NCBI RefSeq assembly: GCF_009914755.1
Contig: NC_060928.1
From: the human T2T-CHM13v2.0 reference genome, Homo sapiens
Length of the DNA: 64,000 nucleotides
Strand: one strand, 5' to 3'
In this document: positions 26,591-41,633 of the stretch, in pieces
Numbering within the stretch: position 1 is the first letter of the stretch
How the letters are laid out: the number at the start of each line of letters is the position of its first letter
Translations under genes and position numbers: made by a program
Notes under the pieces: generated by a model
The model's database searches: none
The model's input: only the letters and a program-made list of their open reading frames with translations
What the model was told of the DNA's origin: nothing

Positions 26591-29379
26591 TGAAATATGA
26601 GATTAAAATGAATATACTCTATTAATATCAAATTATTTTATGCAATATAAGTTGCGTGGTTACAATCCTTAAGATAAAATCTGAAATAACATTTTTAACC
26701 TATCATTTTAATATTCATCTCTAAAAAATGTTCATATAAAAATAAATATAAATATATTTGATATATATAAAATATAGTTTTAAAATATATACCAATTCAG
26801 AAAGAAAATTTGTTATTTTTAAAGGAGGAAATATCTATAGTTTTATATCTATATAGATATTTGCAGATAAATATTGGGAAAAACTTGCAAACTAAGACTT
26901 TTTTTAAAACCTTGTTTTTATTGTCACTGCTTGATTTTCAGCTCTCCTGCTATCACCGTCCAAGGCCTATCTTCTTTCATCTTGAAGAGATTGCTGTTGC
27001 TATGCTCTGTTCTGCACCTCAGATTGAACTTCAGCTATCCCATATCATATTCCATGAGGTCACAACTTCTAGGTGATACATAAGGAATGTGTTGATAGCT
27101 AATGTCACATCGGGATAAGGGCAGAAAAATAAATCACTGAAGTGTTTGATAAAGATCACCTTTTAAAGGAGATTTTTCCCCTTCACTTCAGCAAGATCAT
27201 TTATTTAGGATCGGTGTATTTTCTTCTCAAGGTTTCCAGAAAACCAGTCTCAGTCACCTTACCCCCGGTTTTTTCAGTATGTTGTAGACTGAACATCATG
27301 ATCGTCTTCCTTATGCTCAGCTGAATCCTCTACTGGCTTTGTTTAAGTCAATTTCTTCAGTTGTTCCTCTGAAAAGAATGCAATAAATAGCAGCTTTCTG
27401 AAGCATGAAAAAGAAAGTCTTTATTTGTGAAAATTGACAAAATTACACAAATTCCCTTAGAAGAAAAAATGTGGGTCATAAGCACAGGAATGAATGCCAC
27501 CGAATAGAAGAATACCAAGTTTTAATAGGTAAACTAGATTTTAGTACACAGATGTCTTTTCTTACACAAAACCAGACAATTGCAGGTTTGAGCAGCTTAT
27601 TGTATAGTCATTGCTGCCTCTTCAATAACTCATTTTGATATTTTGTAATTTGCCAAAATGTGCCTTTGTGATCCCACAGGCTCTTAACTACTTTGTAATG
27701 AGTGTGTATGAACAGATGGAAAATGTTTTCAATTTCAGAGAAAACCACTAATGGATGTTACCAGCTATTAGAAAAGCTCAGGTGGCTCCGTTTTCCAAGG
27801 AAAGGTATTGTCATAAAACTCTTCATTTTTCAATGAAATGTTTGCTCATTTATATCTAGATGGTAATTTAAGACTTCAAAGTCTTAACAGATTAGAACGA
27901 TAGTTGGAAATTATTCAGTGCTAAATAGCCTGGAAATCCAATCTCAAGAATCTCACCTGAAAACGGTAATGCCAATTCAGGTCATTTTATTAGAACAACA
28001 TGAACTACTATAAAAACAATTTCCCTAAAGAAGTAGATAAAGCAATTTAACTAAAAAGTTAAATGTATGCTTGAGATTTGGTGATGATACCTTTCCTAAA
28101 GAAGAAAGAAGTATGTCTTCTGTCCTCAATTTGCATTCCAAACAAATGCATCTTCTCAAAGAAAAACACATCAAAAGAATGATTACAACAGAGGTTGTTT
28201 CCAAAACATAGTATATCTTACATTCAAAGATATTTACTAATTCTCCAAAATGCAAAGCCATTGGTCTTTTAATTCTCCCCTAAAAACTCATACCAGTTTC
28301 TTTTACAATGCTCTTAGTCTAATATCCTGCTAAAGAGACAGACATACTTCTGGCCTAATTAGTTTATTTTAGGTTATTGTTACTATCTTTTTTATCTAAT
28401 AAAATTGTGGTCAAAAATAAATGCAACACCATCTGTACAATGATTGATCTAGCATGTGTTTATTTACTTGGGGTTCCAACAACAGGAATTATTTAAATGT
28501 AAGTTAGGAATAAAGGGAGTTAGTACTTACTTCCTAGCAAAAACAAATTCTGTTAATTTTAGGATGGCTATATCATTCCATTTCTTTCTTACTTGGATAT
28601 GCGTGTTCAGTATGTATTTCGAATAAGCTCTATCCTCTTATCATAGAAAATAGGTAAGCAAACACTACCCAAAATGCTGACACTATAGATCACTTTTAGT
28701 GACATGCACATCATAATAGATATATTTTAATAAAAGTGCTTTAATACGGAAAAAACTATTAAAATCTATAGCTCTAAGGCATATGTTATGTGTACATTGA
28801 AGATTGTTTATTTTTTATTTCACTATGGAGATAAACACAGACAGTGGCACTTCTAGTGCTGAATTGCAGAGCAGTGGCAATGTAGCAATGTGGCAATAGA
28901 AATGTGCATAAAAGGAACCACTATTTTTAAAAACGAAATTACTCTAAGGCTATCTGTTTTGTTCTCAATGACCTTTATGCACAGATTCACATATTTAATA
29001 TAATTCCTTAAACAAGACAAATTACATGTACCTCTTTTGGTTATTATTATTTTTTTTTCTTATAGATGCCAGAAAGTTTTCACTTGGGGTTCCATTCTTA
29101 AACCACAGATTGTGGATCTAATTTTTTTATCTTCACTCTACACCTTTTATGATTTGGCTTTGATTTTTTTTATTATGTTCTAATAGATCTTAGTCATATA
29201 GTATTTAACATACTTTGTTTTAATGTCAAATGAAATCACCTCCCATCATTTGTTTATATAGATGTAGTTTTAAGTATAAATGAATTTATTATTCATAAGA
29301 TGGCCTTACTCATCTCATAGTATTTTAAATTCATCAAAGAATAGAATATAAAAGGATAGAAAATATTGTCATGAAAAAG

Positions 29380-29970
29380 ACTCAATATTAAACATAAAAG
29401 AAAAACTGTGGAAGCAACTTCAAGTTGTCTAATATATATGTAATTGGAGTCCTTGAAAAAGATGTGAGGCAAGAAGAGTAAAAATAGTGAAAGTAATAGG
29501 AGCTAGAATTTTCCCAAATAAAAATAAAACATCCACAGATAATCTCAGCAAACCGCAAGCAAAGAAACATGAAGAAAAACTTCAAGTCACTTTCTGAGTT
29601 ATTATGTAAAGAGGAGCAAAAATACTAGGGTGCTAGCACATTTCTTGTGAGAAACAATGCAAGTGAGAAGACAATAGAGCTGTGTTCCTCAGCCTTTCCT
29701 TTGTTATCACCCTCATCCAGACATTTTAAATAATGTTTTCCTTAATCACTTTCACCTGATTAAATTTCAATACTGAAGATATACAAATACCAGTTTATGT
29801 ACTGTGCCTCTTTTGAGGGCTAAAAACTACTGTAATGTGAATTTCATCCCCTCTTTCCGAAAATCTATTTTCACTTCCTTGATGATGATACTGCCCTTGA
29901 GGATGCATGCAGTAAACATCTGAATAATGGAGGGAGCTATCCACCAGGAATTCTATACCCAGCAAAATTC
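29380..29970 (+). mobile_element. Old L1 ORF1-region fragment
   Basis: tatgtaattggagtccttgaa, gaaacaatgcaagtgagaagacaat and gaattctatacccagcaaaa motifs. Interrupted by a MITE and by HERV-H. Confidence 0.65.
29680..29909 (+). mobile_element. hAT-Charlie MITE (MER112-like)
   Basis: ctgtgttcctcagcct...ttgaggatgcatg imperfect terminal inverted repeats, with internal ccagtttatgtactgtg. Confidence 0.45.
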
Positions 29971-30359
29971 TGTCACGAGCGTGCGTGTGAAGAGACCACC
30001 AAACAGGATTTGTGTGAGCAATAAAGCTTTTTAATCACCTGGGTGCAGGTGGGCTAAGTCTGAAAAGAGAGTCAGCGAAGGGAGATGGGGTGGTGCCATT
30101 TTATAGGATTTGGGTAGGCGATGGAAAATTACAGTCAAAGGGGATTGTTCTCTGGTGGGCAGGGGTGGGGGTCACAAGGTGCTCAGTGGGGGAGCTTCTG
30201 AGCCAGGAGAAGGAATTTCACAAGGTAATGTCATCAGGTAAGGCAGGAACTGGCCATTTTCACTTCTTTTGTGATTCTTCAATTGCTTCAGGCCATCTGG
30301 ATGTATATGTGCAGGTCACAGGGTATATGATGGCTTAGCTTGGGCTCAGAGGCCTGACA
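29971..30359 (-). mobile_element. HERV-H 3' LTR (LTR7 family, probably LTR7B/C)
   Basis: Reverse complement tgtcaggcctctgagcccaagctaagccatc...cacgctcgtgaca, preceded by the PPT aagaagacaggaa. On the minus strand, TATA-like TATAAAA at 30099-30105 and ATTAAA at 30030-30035. Confidence 0.93.
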
Positions 30360-30808
30360 TTCCTGTCTTCTTATATTAATAAGAAAAATAACATAAAATA
30401 GTGTTGAAATATTGGGGCAGTGCAAATTTTGGAGGGGGGTGGTATGGAAAGATAATGGGTGATGTTTCTCAGGGCTGCTTCAAGCGGGATTAGGGGTGGT
30501 TTGGGAACCTAGAATGGGAGAGATTAAGTTGAAGGAAGATTTTGTGATAAAGGGTGATATTGTGGGTTTGTTAGAAGGAGGATTTGTTGTACAGAATAGT
30601 TGGTGACGGACTGGATATGGTTTTGGATGAATTGAGAAACTAAACAGAAGACACAAGGTCCAAATAAGAGAAGGAGAAAAGCAGATATTAAAGGACTAAG
30701 AATTGGGAGGACCTAGAACATCTAATTAGAGAGTGCCCAAGGGGGTTCAGCATAATTACTTGCTGGGTTAGCAAGTTTTTTTGCTCTATCCTTGAGTTAT
30801 TTATGTTG

Positions 30809-31099
30809 TCATATACCAGGCCAGATTGATTTAGGTAAAAACAACACTTTTGATTTAAAAATATACGGTCTCCTTTTTTTTTTTTTTTTTTTTAGAAGTG
30901 AGTAAGTTGAGACCTCTGCGATTTTGGAGGAAAGACAAATGCAAAGCCAGCAATTGTATTTTAAAGAAGGATTAGAAATGGCTAGGAGAGAGTGAGTGAG
31001 ATTGATAGTGTGGTGGAGATAGCTGGGGAGAGGTAGAGGGTGGCATAAGAATGGGAAGGATAATAAGAGTGAGTATAAAAGTAAAGAATAGGACTTCAT
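30809..31099 (-). pseudogene. env: HERV-H env remnant (signal peptide-like N-terminus and CWLC motif)
   Basis: ORF translation contains a hydrophobic leader and NCWLC, the gamma-type SU CXXC motif. The rest is deleted. Confidence 0.65.
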
Positions 31100-31256
31100 C
31101 AGGGTGAAAGTATTGGAGGGTGCCCTGCCAGCAAAGATTATTTATTCACTTTAAGAGGGAGTTAAGAGTGGTGGTTTGGGGATAGCACCAGGAGATATCA
31201 GCTGTGATGGCTTGGAGAAATGGTGTAAACTGGCAGTGTAAACAAGAGCAGGGCAT

Positions 31257-33305
31257 TTATGAGTAGTTGAGAGTGGTGAATAGGAGTATGACTAGACAGA
31301 AGATAGTAGGGATGACAAGTTTTTGGGGTGCAGTCCAAGTTGGGCTGGTGTCTGGAATGAGACTGGAGCCTAATAAAAAGGAATGTCCATACAGGAGCTC
31401 AAAAGGACTGTACCTGTAACATCCTGAGGACAGGCCCAAATTCTGAAAAGGGCAAGTGGTAAAAGTATTGTCCAGTCCTTTTTAAGTTGCAGGCTGAGCT
31501 TGGTGAGGCGTGTTTTTAAAAGACCATTAGTCCATTTTACGTTTCCTGAAGATTGAGGACAGCAAGGGGTATGAAGTTTCCACTGAATACCAAGAGCCTG
31601 AGAAACTGCTTGGGTGATTTGACTAATAAAGGCTGGTCCGTTATAGAGGTGGGAAGGCCGAACTGAGGAATTATGTCTGACAGAAGGGAAGAAATGACCG
31701 CAGTGGCCTTTTCAGACCCTGTGGGAAAGGCCTCTACCCATCCAGTGAAAGTGTCTACTCAGACCATGAGGTGTTTTAGTTTCCTGACTTGGGGCATGTA
31801 AGTAAAGTCAATTTCAGTGGGGAAGTAAGTAGGAGTGACTGATGAGAAGGAGAAAAATTGGCCATGAGGGACAGAAGTTAGAACGCTAGCTGCTTCTTTA
31901 GCTACCTTATTAGCATAAGTGTTTCCCTGAGTGATGGGATCTGATGCCATTTGATGGCCTTTGAAGTGAATGACTCCAGCTTCCTTTGGAAGTAAAGCAG
32001 CCTTGAGAAGAGTTCTTATTAGAGGCATTAATGATAGAGGACCTTTGCATAGCGAGGAAATCTTTTTCAGCCCACATGACAGCACGGTGGTGCAGGATAT
32101 GGGAGACATATTTAGAGTCAGTGTAAATATTGACACGTAGTCCCTTTGCAAGAGTGAGGGCTCAAGTTAAGGCAATGAGTTCAGCTTGCCCACAGGTAGT
32201 GGGTGGGGGGGCAGAGCAGTAGCCTCAATGATAGATGTGGAAGATACTATAGCATAGCCAGCCTTTGCTGGTGAGTGGCGATTAGGCCTGGTGGAACTGC
32301 CATCAATAAACCAAGTGTGAACAGGATGAGGAACCAGAAAAAAGGAAATATGGGGAAATGGAGTGAATGCCAGGTGGATCAGAGAGATACAGTCATGGGG
32401 GTCAGGTGTGGTATCAGGAATAATGTGGGGGCCAGCCTAAAACAGTAAGGTCAAGTTGTTTGCACAGAAAGGCTACAGGGCACGGTCCCAGCTCTTGTGT
32501 AAGAATTTTGACCACACAGCCCTGTACTTTGGCTGTGTGTAATAAAAAGGATTGGGATGAGTTAGGGAGAGCTAGTGTGGGAGCAGCTTCTAGGGTTGTT
32601 TTGTAAGGAATGGAAAGGGGAGTGGGGAAAGGATTTAGGGTCTATGGGGTCAGCTAGGTATCCTTTTGTGAGTTTATATAATGGTTTACTCAGGATCGTA
32701 AAACTAGGTATCCAAAGGCAGAAGTACCTAACCGTGCCTAGCAAGGAAATGAGTTGTTGTTCTGTAGAAGAGGTTGAAGTTTAGGAGATTAACCAGACAT
32801 GATCAGCCGGGAGAGCACGTGTGTTTTTATGAAGAATTATGCTGAGATAGGTAATGGATGAGGAAGAAATTTGGGCTTGACTGAAGTAATGGGGGCTGTC
32901 TGTGAAGCCTTGCAGCAGTACAGCCCAGGTAATTTGCTGAGCCTGATGGGTGTCAGGGTCAGTCCAAGTGAAAGCGAAGAGAGGCTGGGATGAAGGGTGC
33001 AAAGGCATAGTAAAGAAAGCATGTTTGAGTTCCAGAACAGAATAATGGGTTGTGGAGGGGTTGTGGAGGGAGGTATTGAGGATAGGAGAGTATATGGGTT
33101 TGGCACCACGGGGTGGATAGGCAAAATAATTTGGTTGATAAGGTGCAGATCCTGAACTAACCTGTAAGGCTTGTCCGGTTTTTGGACAGGTAAAATGAGG
33201 GAATTGTAAGGAGAGTTTATAGGCTTTAAAAGTCCATGCTGTAACAGGTGAGCGATAACAGGCTTTAATCCTTTTCAAGTGTGCTGTGGGATGGGATATA
33301 GGCAT
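31257..33305 (-). pseudogene. pol: HERV-H pol remnants (RT, RNase H, partial IN), frameshifted
   Basis: LKHAFFTMPLHPSSQPLFAFTWTDP...QGFTDSPHYF (RT), VIHFKGHQ...QGNTYANKVAK (RNase H), YSPFELLYG (IN). Confidence 0.88.
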
Positions 33306-33472
33306 TGAACAGGGTAAGGGTGATTAGGTTTTAGTGGGATGGTAAGGGGTGCATGGTCGGTCACCAAGGAGGGAGTAGAGGTGTCCCATACTTGTGGATT
33401 AAGGTGGGGAGATACAAGAAGAGGATGCAAAGGAGGCTTTGAACTGGGGAAAAGAGCAGCAATGAGGTGTGG

Positions 33473-33757
33473 CTATAGCCCAGGAATAGTCGGGGAAGCA
33501 GATAATTTAGTTAAAATGTCTTGGCCTAATAAGGGAACTGGGAAGGTGGGGATAAATAAAAAGGAGTGCATAAAAGAATATTGTCCAAGTTGGCACCAGA
33601 GTTGGGGAGTTTTAAGAGGTTTGGAAGCCTGGCCGTCAACACCCACAACAGTTATGGAGGCAAGGGCAACACAACTTTGAAAAGAAGGTAATGTAGAGTG
33701 GGTAGGCTCCATATTGACTAAGAAGGGGACGGACTTTTCACTGCAAGAGTTACCCAA
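33473..33757 (-). pseudogene. pro: HERV-H protease remnant
   Basis: VPFLVNMEPTHSTLP (decayed active site) and PVPLLGQDIL (LLGRD motif). Confidence 0.8.
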
Positions 33758-33802
33758 AGCTTCTGTGATGGTCCAGGAGGCTTCTGAGGCGATTGGGCAG
33801 CA

Positions 33803-34948
<1,146 letters not shown>

Positions 34949-35470
34949 TTATTCTTTCTTATGCCTATAAATGACTGCTCATGACCTTTAAATCCACTCT
35001 GGCTCTTGAACCACCTTTTGAGGCATATTCCCATTTTCATGAAATTTAGCACATGTTTACAGCTCAATAGTTTTCTCGACCTGCTTCCTTCCAGTTAATT
35101 TTGGATGTCTAAAGGACTCTTTTCACTTTGTGCTTTCTGTTTCTCTCAGTTCAAGCTGGCAGGCTGCTAAATATGGAAGTATTTTAAAACTGTTGGTCTC
35201 CTATGAATCTTACTTCTGTTCACTCCATTGTACAAATATTAAAAGATTTCTTTGAAACAAACTGTTTTCTAACTCATATTTCTCCTAAGGAACAATGCCC
35301 TTACACTTTTTAGAAACCCTGTTTTTTTAATTGAGAGAATCTGAGAGTCATAGTTTCTAACATCATTAAAAGATTTTTTTGTCTGACTAAAGAGTATTTT
35401 CAGGGACCACTTTTGATCTTTCACAGGGTTTTGTGGTCATACTATCGGCTTCAGCTTTAGATCATGTAAT

Positions 35471-35943
35471 TGTATTACTTATCAATTGTTCTATAATGAT
35501 CTAAAAACAGACACTTGTTATCCCACATAGTTTCTGAGACTCAGAAATCCAATTGTGGCTTAGTTGAGTGGTTTTGTCAGGGTGTCTTGTGAGGTTACAG
35601 TTAAGCTATTGGTAGAGTGGTAGTTATTTAAAAAGATGTGAACCATGTACAAGCTTACAACCATGGAATTTGGCAGGGGTTTGGTTTCTTTTAGGTCTCT
35701 TGCAGCTGGCTTCCCCAGAATGAGTGGTTAAGAGAAGGAGAGAAAATGAGAGAGAGAGAGAGAGAGAGAGCACAAGATGCCATACTGCCTTTTTATGGCC
35801 TAGACTTAGAGTCAGAATCCATCATTTATTCATCACACTACTATTTAGAAGTGAATCACTAAGTCCAGCAGACACTCAACACTAGGGCATGGATACCAGG
35901 AATTGGGGAACACTGGATGTCATCTTGGAGGCAAGCTATCACA
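35471..35943 (-). mobile_element. MLT1-family MaLR LTR containing (GA)n
   Basis: tgtattacttatc...catcttggaggcaagctatcaca, with gggcatggataccaggaa. (GA)n at ~35748-35770. Confidence 0.7.
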
Positions 35944-35944
35944 A

Positions 35945-37650
35945 TGAACTTTATCGATTTTGGATTGTTCTTGGGAAATACAACCTCAATATTACTTTCG
36001 TTTTATTTTTCTCTTCTCTTTCTGTAACTCCAATTACAGTTACTTTATACTTTTGAATCGTGTCCCATTTACTATCTCCACCCTTCCTCTATGTCCATCA
36101 CCTTTTTTTGCCTTGTGCTTCAATCTGTATTAATTCTATTGGCTTATATTCTAGTTTAAAAATTTTCTTTCCTGCTATGTCTAATCAGATGCTAAATCTA
36201 TTTGTCGAATGATAGTTTCAACTATTGCAGTTTCAACTATTGCATTATTAGTTTCAGAATTTACCTTTTGTATTTTTAATTTATTTCTGTTTTGTGTGAA
36301 ACTCTTTTATCTTTTTTATTTCCTTTAATAAACATGTTAATCCTTGGTATTTAAAGGTTCAATATCCTAATTTTTGGTATTTTGATTCTGTTTCATTTTA
36401 GGACAGGTACATTTTATCTGCATGCTGGATATTGTATATAAATATATACCATATATATTGTATAGTTTTCCTCTCTGGAGAAAGATACCATCATCCAGAG
36501 GCTGTATGTTATATATTTATACAAATAATATAAATATATAAATATATATAAATAAATTTAATATATTCAATTTATTTTAATATTTATATTATTTATATAA
36601 ATTTATATATTTATATGATTTATATATTATATTATATATACTATATCATATTCCACTAGAATACTGGAATTGTGGCCTAGTTACAAGTTGTAAGACATAT
36701 TTGCCATTTAAATGCAAATTCTTCCATTTGCAGGAGGGGTGGTATTATTAAGAGGATACCTTAAATAGATGTCTTTTCTTCTTCCTTAAATAATTGAGAA
36801 AAATATTTAATAAAGGGTAATATATACTATTATATATAGTATAATATATACTATAGATAATATAGTATATATTATTTATATGTTTATATAAATATATAAA
36901 CATATAAATAATTAAAATATAACCTCTGAATGACAGTATCTTTCTCCAGAGATGATTTAATTTTCTTCCAGTAGCTAGAGTATGGGCATACCATCTTGAT
37001 CTAGGCAATGCTAGTCATTTTTCAGTTTTTCTTTTCTTCCAGAACACTCCTGTGTTTCAACTGAAATCATGGGCTATCTACTTCACTTCCTCATATTTGG
37101 AAGGCCCTAAACTCCAACTTTTATCTCTCCAGTATAATAAGGCTGCTAAAGTTTCTGCTTAGTTTTTAGAAGTTGCTGCAGATTTGATTTCTATAAATCC
37201 TGCCCCAAGAATGAGCAATCTTTGGAGTCAACAAATTAAAATAAATTGCATTCAAAATGTTGAACTTTCTTCTGTATAGTTTCTCTTCCTCTGCCTCTTG
37301 GTCCTCAAAGTCATAATTTATTTATTAGATCTCAATGCCAATTTTTATCTTCCCAATAGGGTGTGATTATCACAAGGTCTAGATCACTGCTGTATGGCTC
37401 TCTTCTTTGCCCATATGCCATAAATCCCTGGATGCCAAGACAGGGAATAAGGAGAAATTTAACACTCGTATTCAATGCATTTCCTTTCTGTTAGAACCTT
37501 TACTTAACCAATACTGACTACTGTGTTTAATTTCTGATGCCTTCAAAATACTGTTTTTGTCTTTTAACAAAATTTTATAGTTGTTGCTATTGGGAGATTT
37601 CATCTGATACCAGTTATTTCATCTTTGCCAGATTCAGAATTCACTTAGTT
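35945..37650 (-). mobile_element. Old L1M 5'/ORF1 fragments with an AT-rich insertion
   Basis: T-rich antisense L1 motifs (ttctgtaactccaattaca, tcttttcctgctatgtctaatc, tctgatgccttcaaa). Boundaries approximate. Confidence 0.55.
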
Positions 37651-38449
37651 CAATGTATTACAATATATAGGTATACTTAATACAGAAATATGTAGTTTCC
37701 ATTTTTTCTCAAATGCATAATCAGTGAAATGTTCAGAATATGGAAGCCCAGATATGATCATGGTTCTGTAGAATACTAGGAACCAGAGGACAGATGTACT
37801 TGCTGGGGAGAGCATCATGATACTATCTGGGTAAAGACAGAAGAAAGTTTTTCTGATAGTAGAAAATTAGTTTTGCTGGATCCTGCCACACTAGATGACC
37901 TCAAGTCCAACGTTTCTAATACAGTATAAGACCACAAAATAGCAGATTAAAATTTGTTTTATTTTTTAAAGAAGATTTTGCTTGAAACTACTAAAGCCCA
38001 GAGGAAAAATATATTTTATTGGGATTAATGGATAATGTCAATTGAATGCAGAGTGAAAACTATGTTACATTTACTGTTTGGAAAACTTTAGCCAAGAGAG
38101 GATGGGATGTGATTTTATTTATAGATTCTTGTTTTGTACTGCTCACAAGTTTCTCGTAAGTCTCTTTGGGCAATAAAATTGTCTGTGATTGCCTAAAAAT
38201 AATTTTATTTTTCATTCTGACATTTTTAAGTAGAAGAAAAATAATAAAATAAATATATCATTTTATATTCTTTATATAACTTTAAAGAATTAAAGGTAGG
38301 ATATGTTACAAAATGGAAAATACACTTTAAGAAAATGTCACATATTTATAACTTTTGCACTCAAGATCTGATTTTCTTTTGAAATAATTATTCTGTCAAT
38401 TTATTTTTAATTGGTTATGAAACTTGGAATTTATTGGCACACTTAACTG

Positions 38450-38995
38450 AAGTTCTAGTCCTTTTCTACCAAATTTAGAACAAAATCTGAATATATTACC
38501 ATATCCTACAAAGCCAGGTATTCTGACTTCTCATTACTCAGATGAAAGGATAAACTTTCCATCCTGATCTTCTAACTCTACTTTTGCTCACTTCTTCTGA
38601 ACCACTGTAATTGTACTCTTCTTTCAAATTGTCAAGTTCTTCCCATCTAGTGGGGTTTGCCCTGGACCTCTGCAGTTGAAATGTTCTTCTCCCAGATTTT
38701 AAAATTGTTCTCTCTCATTTCACTTATGTCTTGTCTCAATTTGTATATTTTCAGAGTTGCCTTCCCTCATCATTCTACCCAAATAAATAGGATTACCATC
38801 TCTGGCCTTGTCATTGTTTATCCCCCCTCTCAGATGGCTATTTCTAATAGCCTCTGTTACTATAAATTTTAAATTTTACTTGTATAATATCAAGTTATCC
38901 CGCTGTAATGTAAATCCCATTAAGAGCTGCATTATTAGTGCAAATATTAGTGCCTAAAATACATTAAGTAGTTGATAGTTATTATTGAATAAAGG
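38450..38995 (+). mobile_element. L2 3' region
   Basis: gaaatgttcttctcccag...ttttcagagttgccttccct...tagtgcctaaaataca...attgaataaaggaat. Confidence 0.6.
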
Positions 38996-39254
38996 AATCC
39001 AAGCCCCTCTTGCACACATATATAAGCAGAAAAAGACACAAACATAACAAGTATATACTCAAGTATATAACAAGTATATATATTTATAGTTACAAATAAT
39101 ATTATTTATACAATAATCTGGCAAAGATTTCATGTTTCCATTGATTTTTTGCTCATACCTTTCTTGAGAAACAAACTGATTTTTAGAGATAGACACTCTG
39201 GCCTAAGAATTAAGTATAAGGAATCTAGCGAACCTACATAGCTCGTAGTCAGAT

Positions 39255-39460
39255 ATGTGTTCCCTGGAGGGTGAGAGACATGGATTCAAATCCTAGGTTT
39301 GCCTTTTATAACTCCTGTGCTATTGGACAAGTTCCTCTGTACACCTCAGTTTATCATGTATACAATTGAAATGATAATAATTGTACATACTTCATGGGAT
39401 ATGATAAACTATATACGTGGCCTGAAACAAAATAACTAACTAATAAAATTTGGCTCTTAT
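39255..39460 (+). mobile_element. MIR
   Basis: agacatggattcaaatcctagg...ttggacaagttcctctgtacacctcagtttatcat. Confidence 0.7.
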
Positions 39461-41602
39461 TTCTAAGAGTTCTTGATTCATGAGATACAGGCTATGAATT
39501 ACTTCTGAAGTCTCTGAAACTCACTTTCCTCATTTATAAAATTTACATTTTCATTTACATTTACAAGATTTTCAAATGTATTTCTCTTTGGTGGTAGAGA
39601 ATAGTTAGTGGTTGCCTTCACCATGTAGAGTCTCCCAATACTGAAAAACAATTACTAGGATTCTACTCTGTCTTCTTTTTTCCCAAAGCAAGTAAACAAT
39701 CTCAAGACTCCTTGTAACTTCAGGATTAACGTTTTTCATTTTATTCCCATGAGAGACCACCTCCTGAACAGCACAAGACCTGACTCTGCTGTTATTAATG
39801 AACATTTTCAAACACGCAACTCTAAGATTACCATATCTTTTCCTTGTCATGTCGATGCGCCAAGGTTAGTGGAAACCAGCTACTTTTTCATTGGTCTTAT
39901 TCTACCACGGTGCATATGGAGCCAGCAAAGTTGGTATCTCTGAATTTTCATCATATTATCTATGTTCTTAGGTCAGACTGAAATCCAATAGGAGGTTTTC
40001 AAATTCAGAAAAAAAAAGAAAAAAATTAATTAGCAAACAAAACCAACTTAAACTAATTCAAATAAGCGATTTTTTTTGGCTCATCTGACAATAAAGCAGG
40101 CCGTACTGGATCCAGTAATTCGCACAATTCCTCCTAACTCTTTGTGTCTCTGTCTCTCTATTCTACTTTTAATGGTCTCATTTTCTATATTTCTATAGCA
40201 GAATTCCACATTCTCCCATTAGAATAAAAAGCACTAGAGCAGATTCAGACCACATATTTTACACTTACAATCCAGGAGACATAGCATGTATCTCCTTCTA
40301 TCCCTTTGTGTCTTGGGCTTTACTCTTTCTATTGACTTGAATCAATTTTCAGTGTCCAGGGAAGTTCACATCAGGCAATCAATCCCACTCAAGTCGTGGA
40401 GCCAAGAACGGGTTTGGAGTATACACATCAACATAAGACCAAAAAAAGTATTGATGTAAGAAAGAAAATTGGAATTGAGGAGACAATCAACAGCTGTTTA
40501 CCACCTTGTTTCAAGTGCGTGCTTTTACCTTGAGAAAGCCTATCTGATAAATATCACCGGAATACACTTGTAGTAAAACAAAGTCAGGTTTATTTACTCT
40601 TTGCAGCAAGGAGGAACGCTCAAGGAAAAATGGAGGCAGATGACTGGAAGGGATTTGAAAGGGACTTTTAGCAGAACTGTGTTTGTGCCTAAGAACTGTT
40701 TCTAAGGAGAAACTTGGAGATGCAAGAACAGCTCTGGTTGTTTATCACAGTAGTCTTATTCAGAAGGCAGGAGAAACAAAGCAGGGCTGAGGAAATCATT
40801 GATAAGGAAGCAGTCATTGCTCAAACTATGTGGCCTTGGCAATGTCTCCTTGGAAACGTTATTTGTTTGTGTTAGGAATGTTCTTTGTTTTTGTTAGAAA
40901 TGCCATTGTCTGATTGCTAGCAGCACTGAGCAGCAGAATTAGAATTGTGTTTCTTTAACTACAAAGTTAAGATAAATGAGAAGTTCTGTGGAAACAAACC
41001 AACACAATCCTTTTATATGAAGAACCTAGGTTGAGATAGTTAGGAAATTGAGGCTGCTCTGTATGTCACAGTGATTCAGATGGTTCAGATCCTTTAAGCA
41101 AGGGCAGAATATTCCATTCTCACTAGTATGACTTCAAACAGTGAAGTTTCTCATATCCTAGGATTTTAGTCAACAAGGTTTCTCAGCACTGTGTGTTTGA
41201 ATTTAATTAATAAAAAAAGTGTTTACATATTCAAAATACATAACTGCTACACTTTTACTTGGGGATTTTATTTTAATTTTTATAAAGAAAAAAGTGACTT
41301 TTCTAGTAAGAAAAAAATTATTGTTAAATATTATATAGTTATTTTCATAATAAGCAAAGAAAAAATCATGCCAAAAATAAACAATGATGCTAGTCAATAT
41401 TATTGAGTATCTGTCCTCTAAATTACCCATGTAGGCCCTTGAATAACTTCTTAGACATCTATGGCAAAAAAGTGGCTTATTATTTTTGTTCCATTTTGTT
41501 TTATTTATTTTTGTTTTTTTATAGTTTTAGATCCAAAAAATTACTTTAAGAAATTTTTCTGGTCCAATAATTTTTCAGGTAAGAAACTGGAGATGCATAT
41601 TG

Positions 41603-41604
<2 letters not shown>

Positions 41605-41633
<29 letters not shown>

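Noticed and set aside
30874-30893. T20 run inside HERV-H
   Set aside because: There is no TSD or element body. It is most simply slippage of a T-run in the env remnant.
40520-40960. Possible old antisense LTR fragment
   Set aside because: It is too decayed to assign termini or family from sequence alone.
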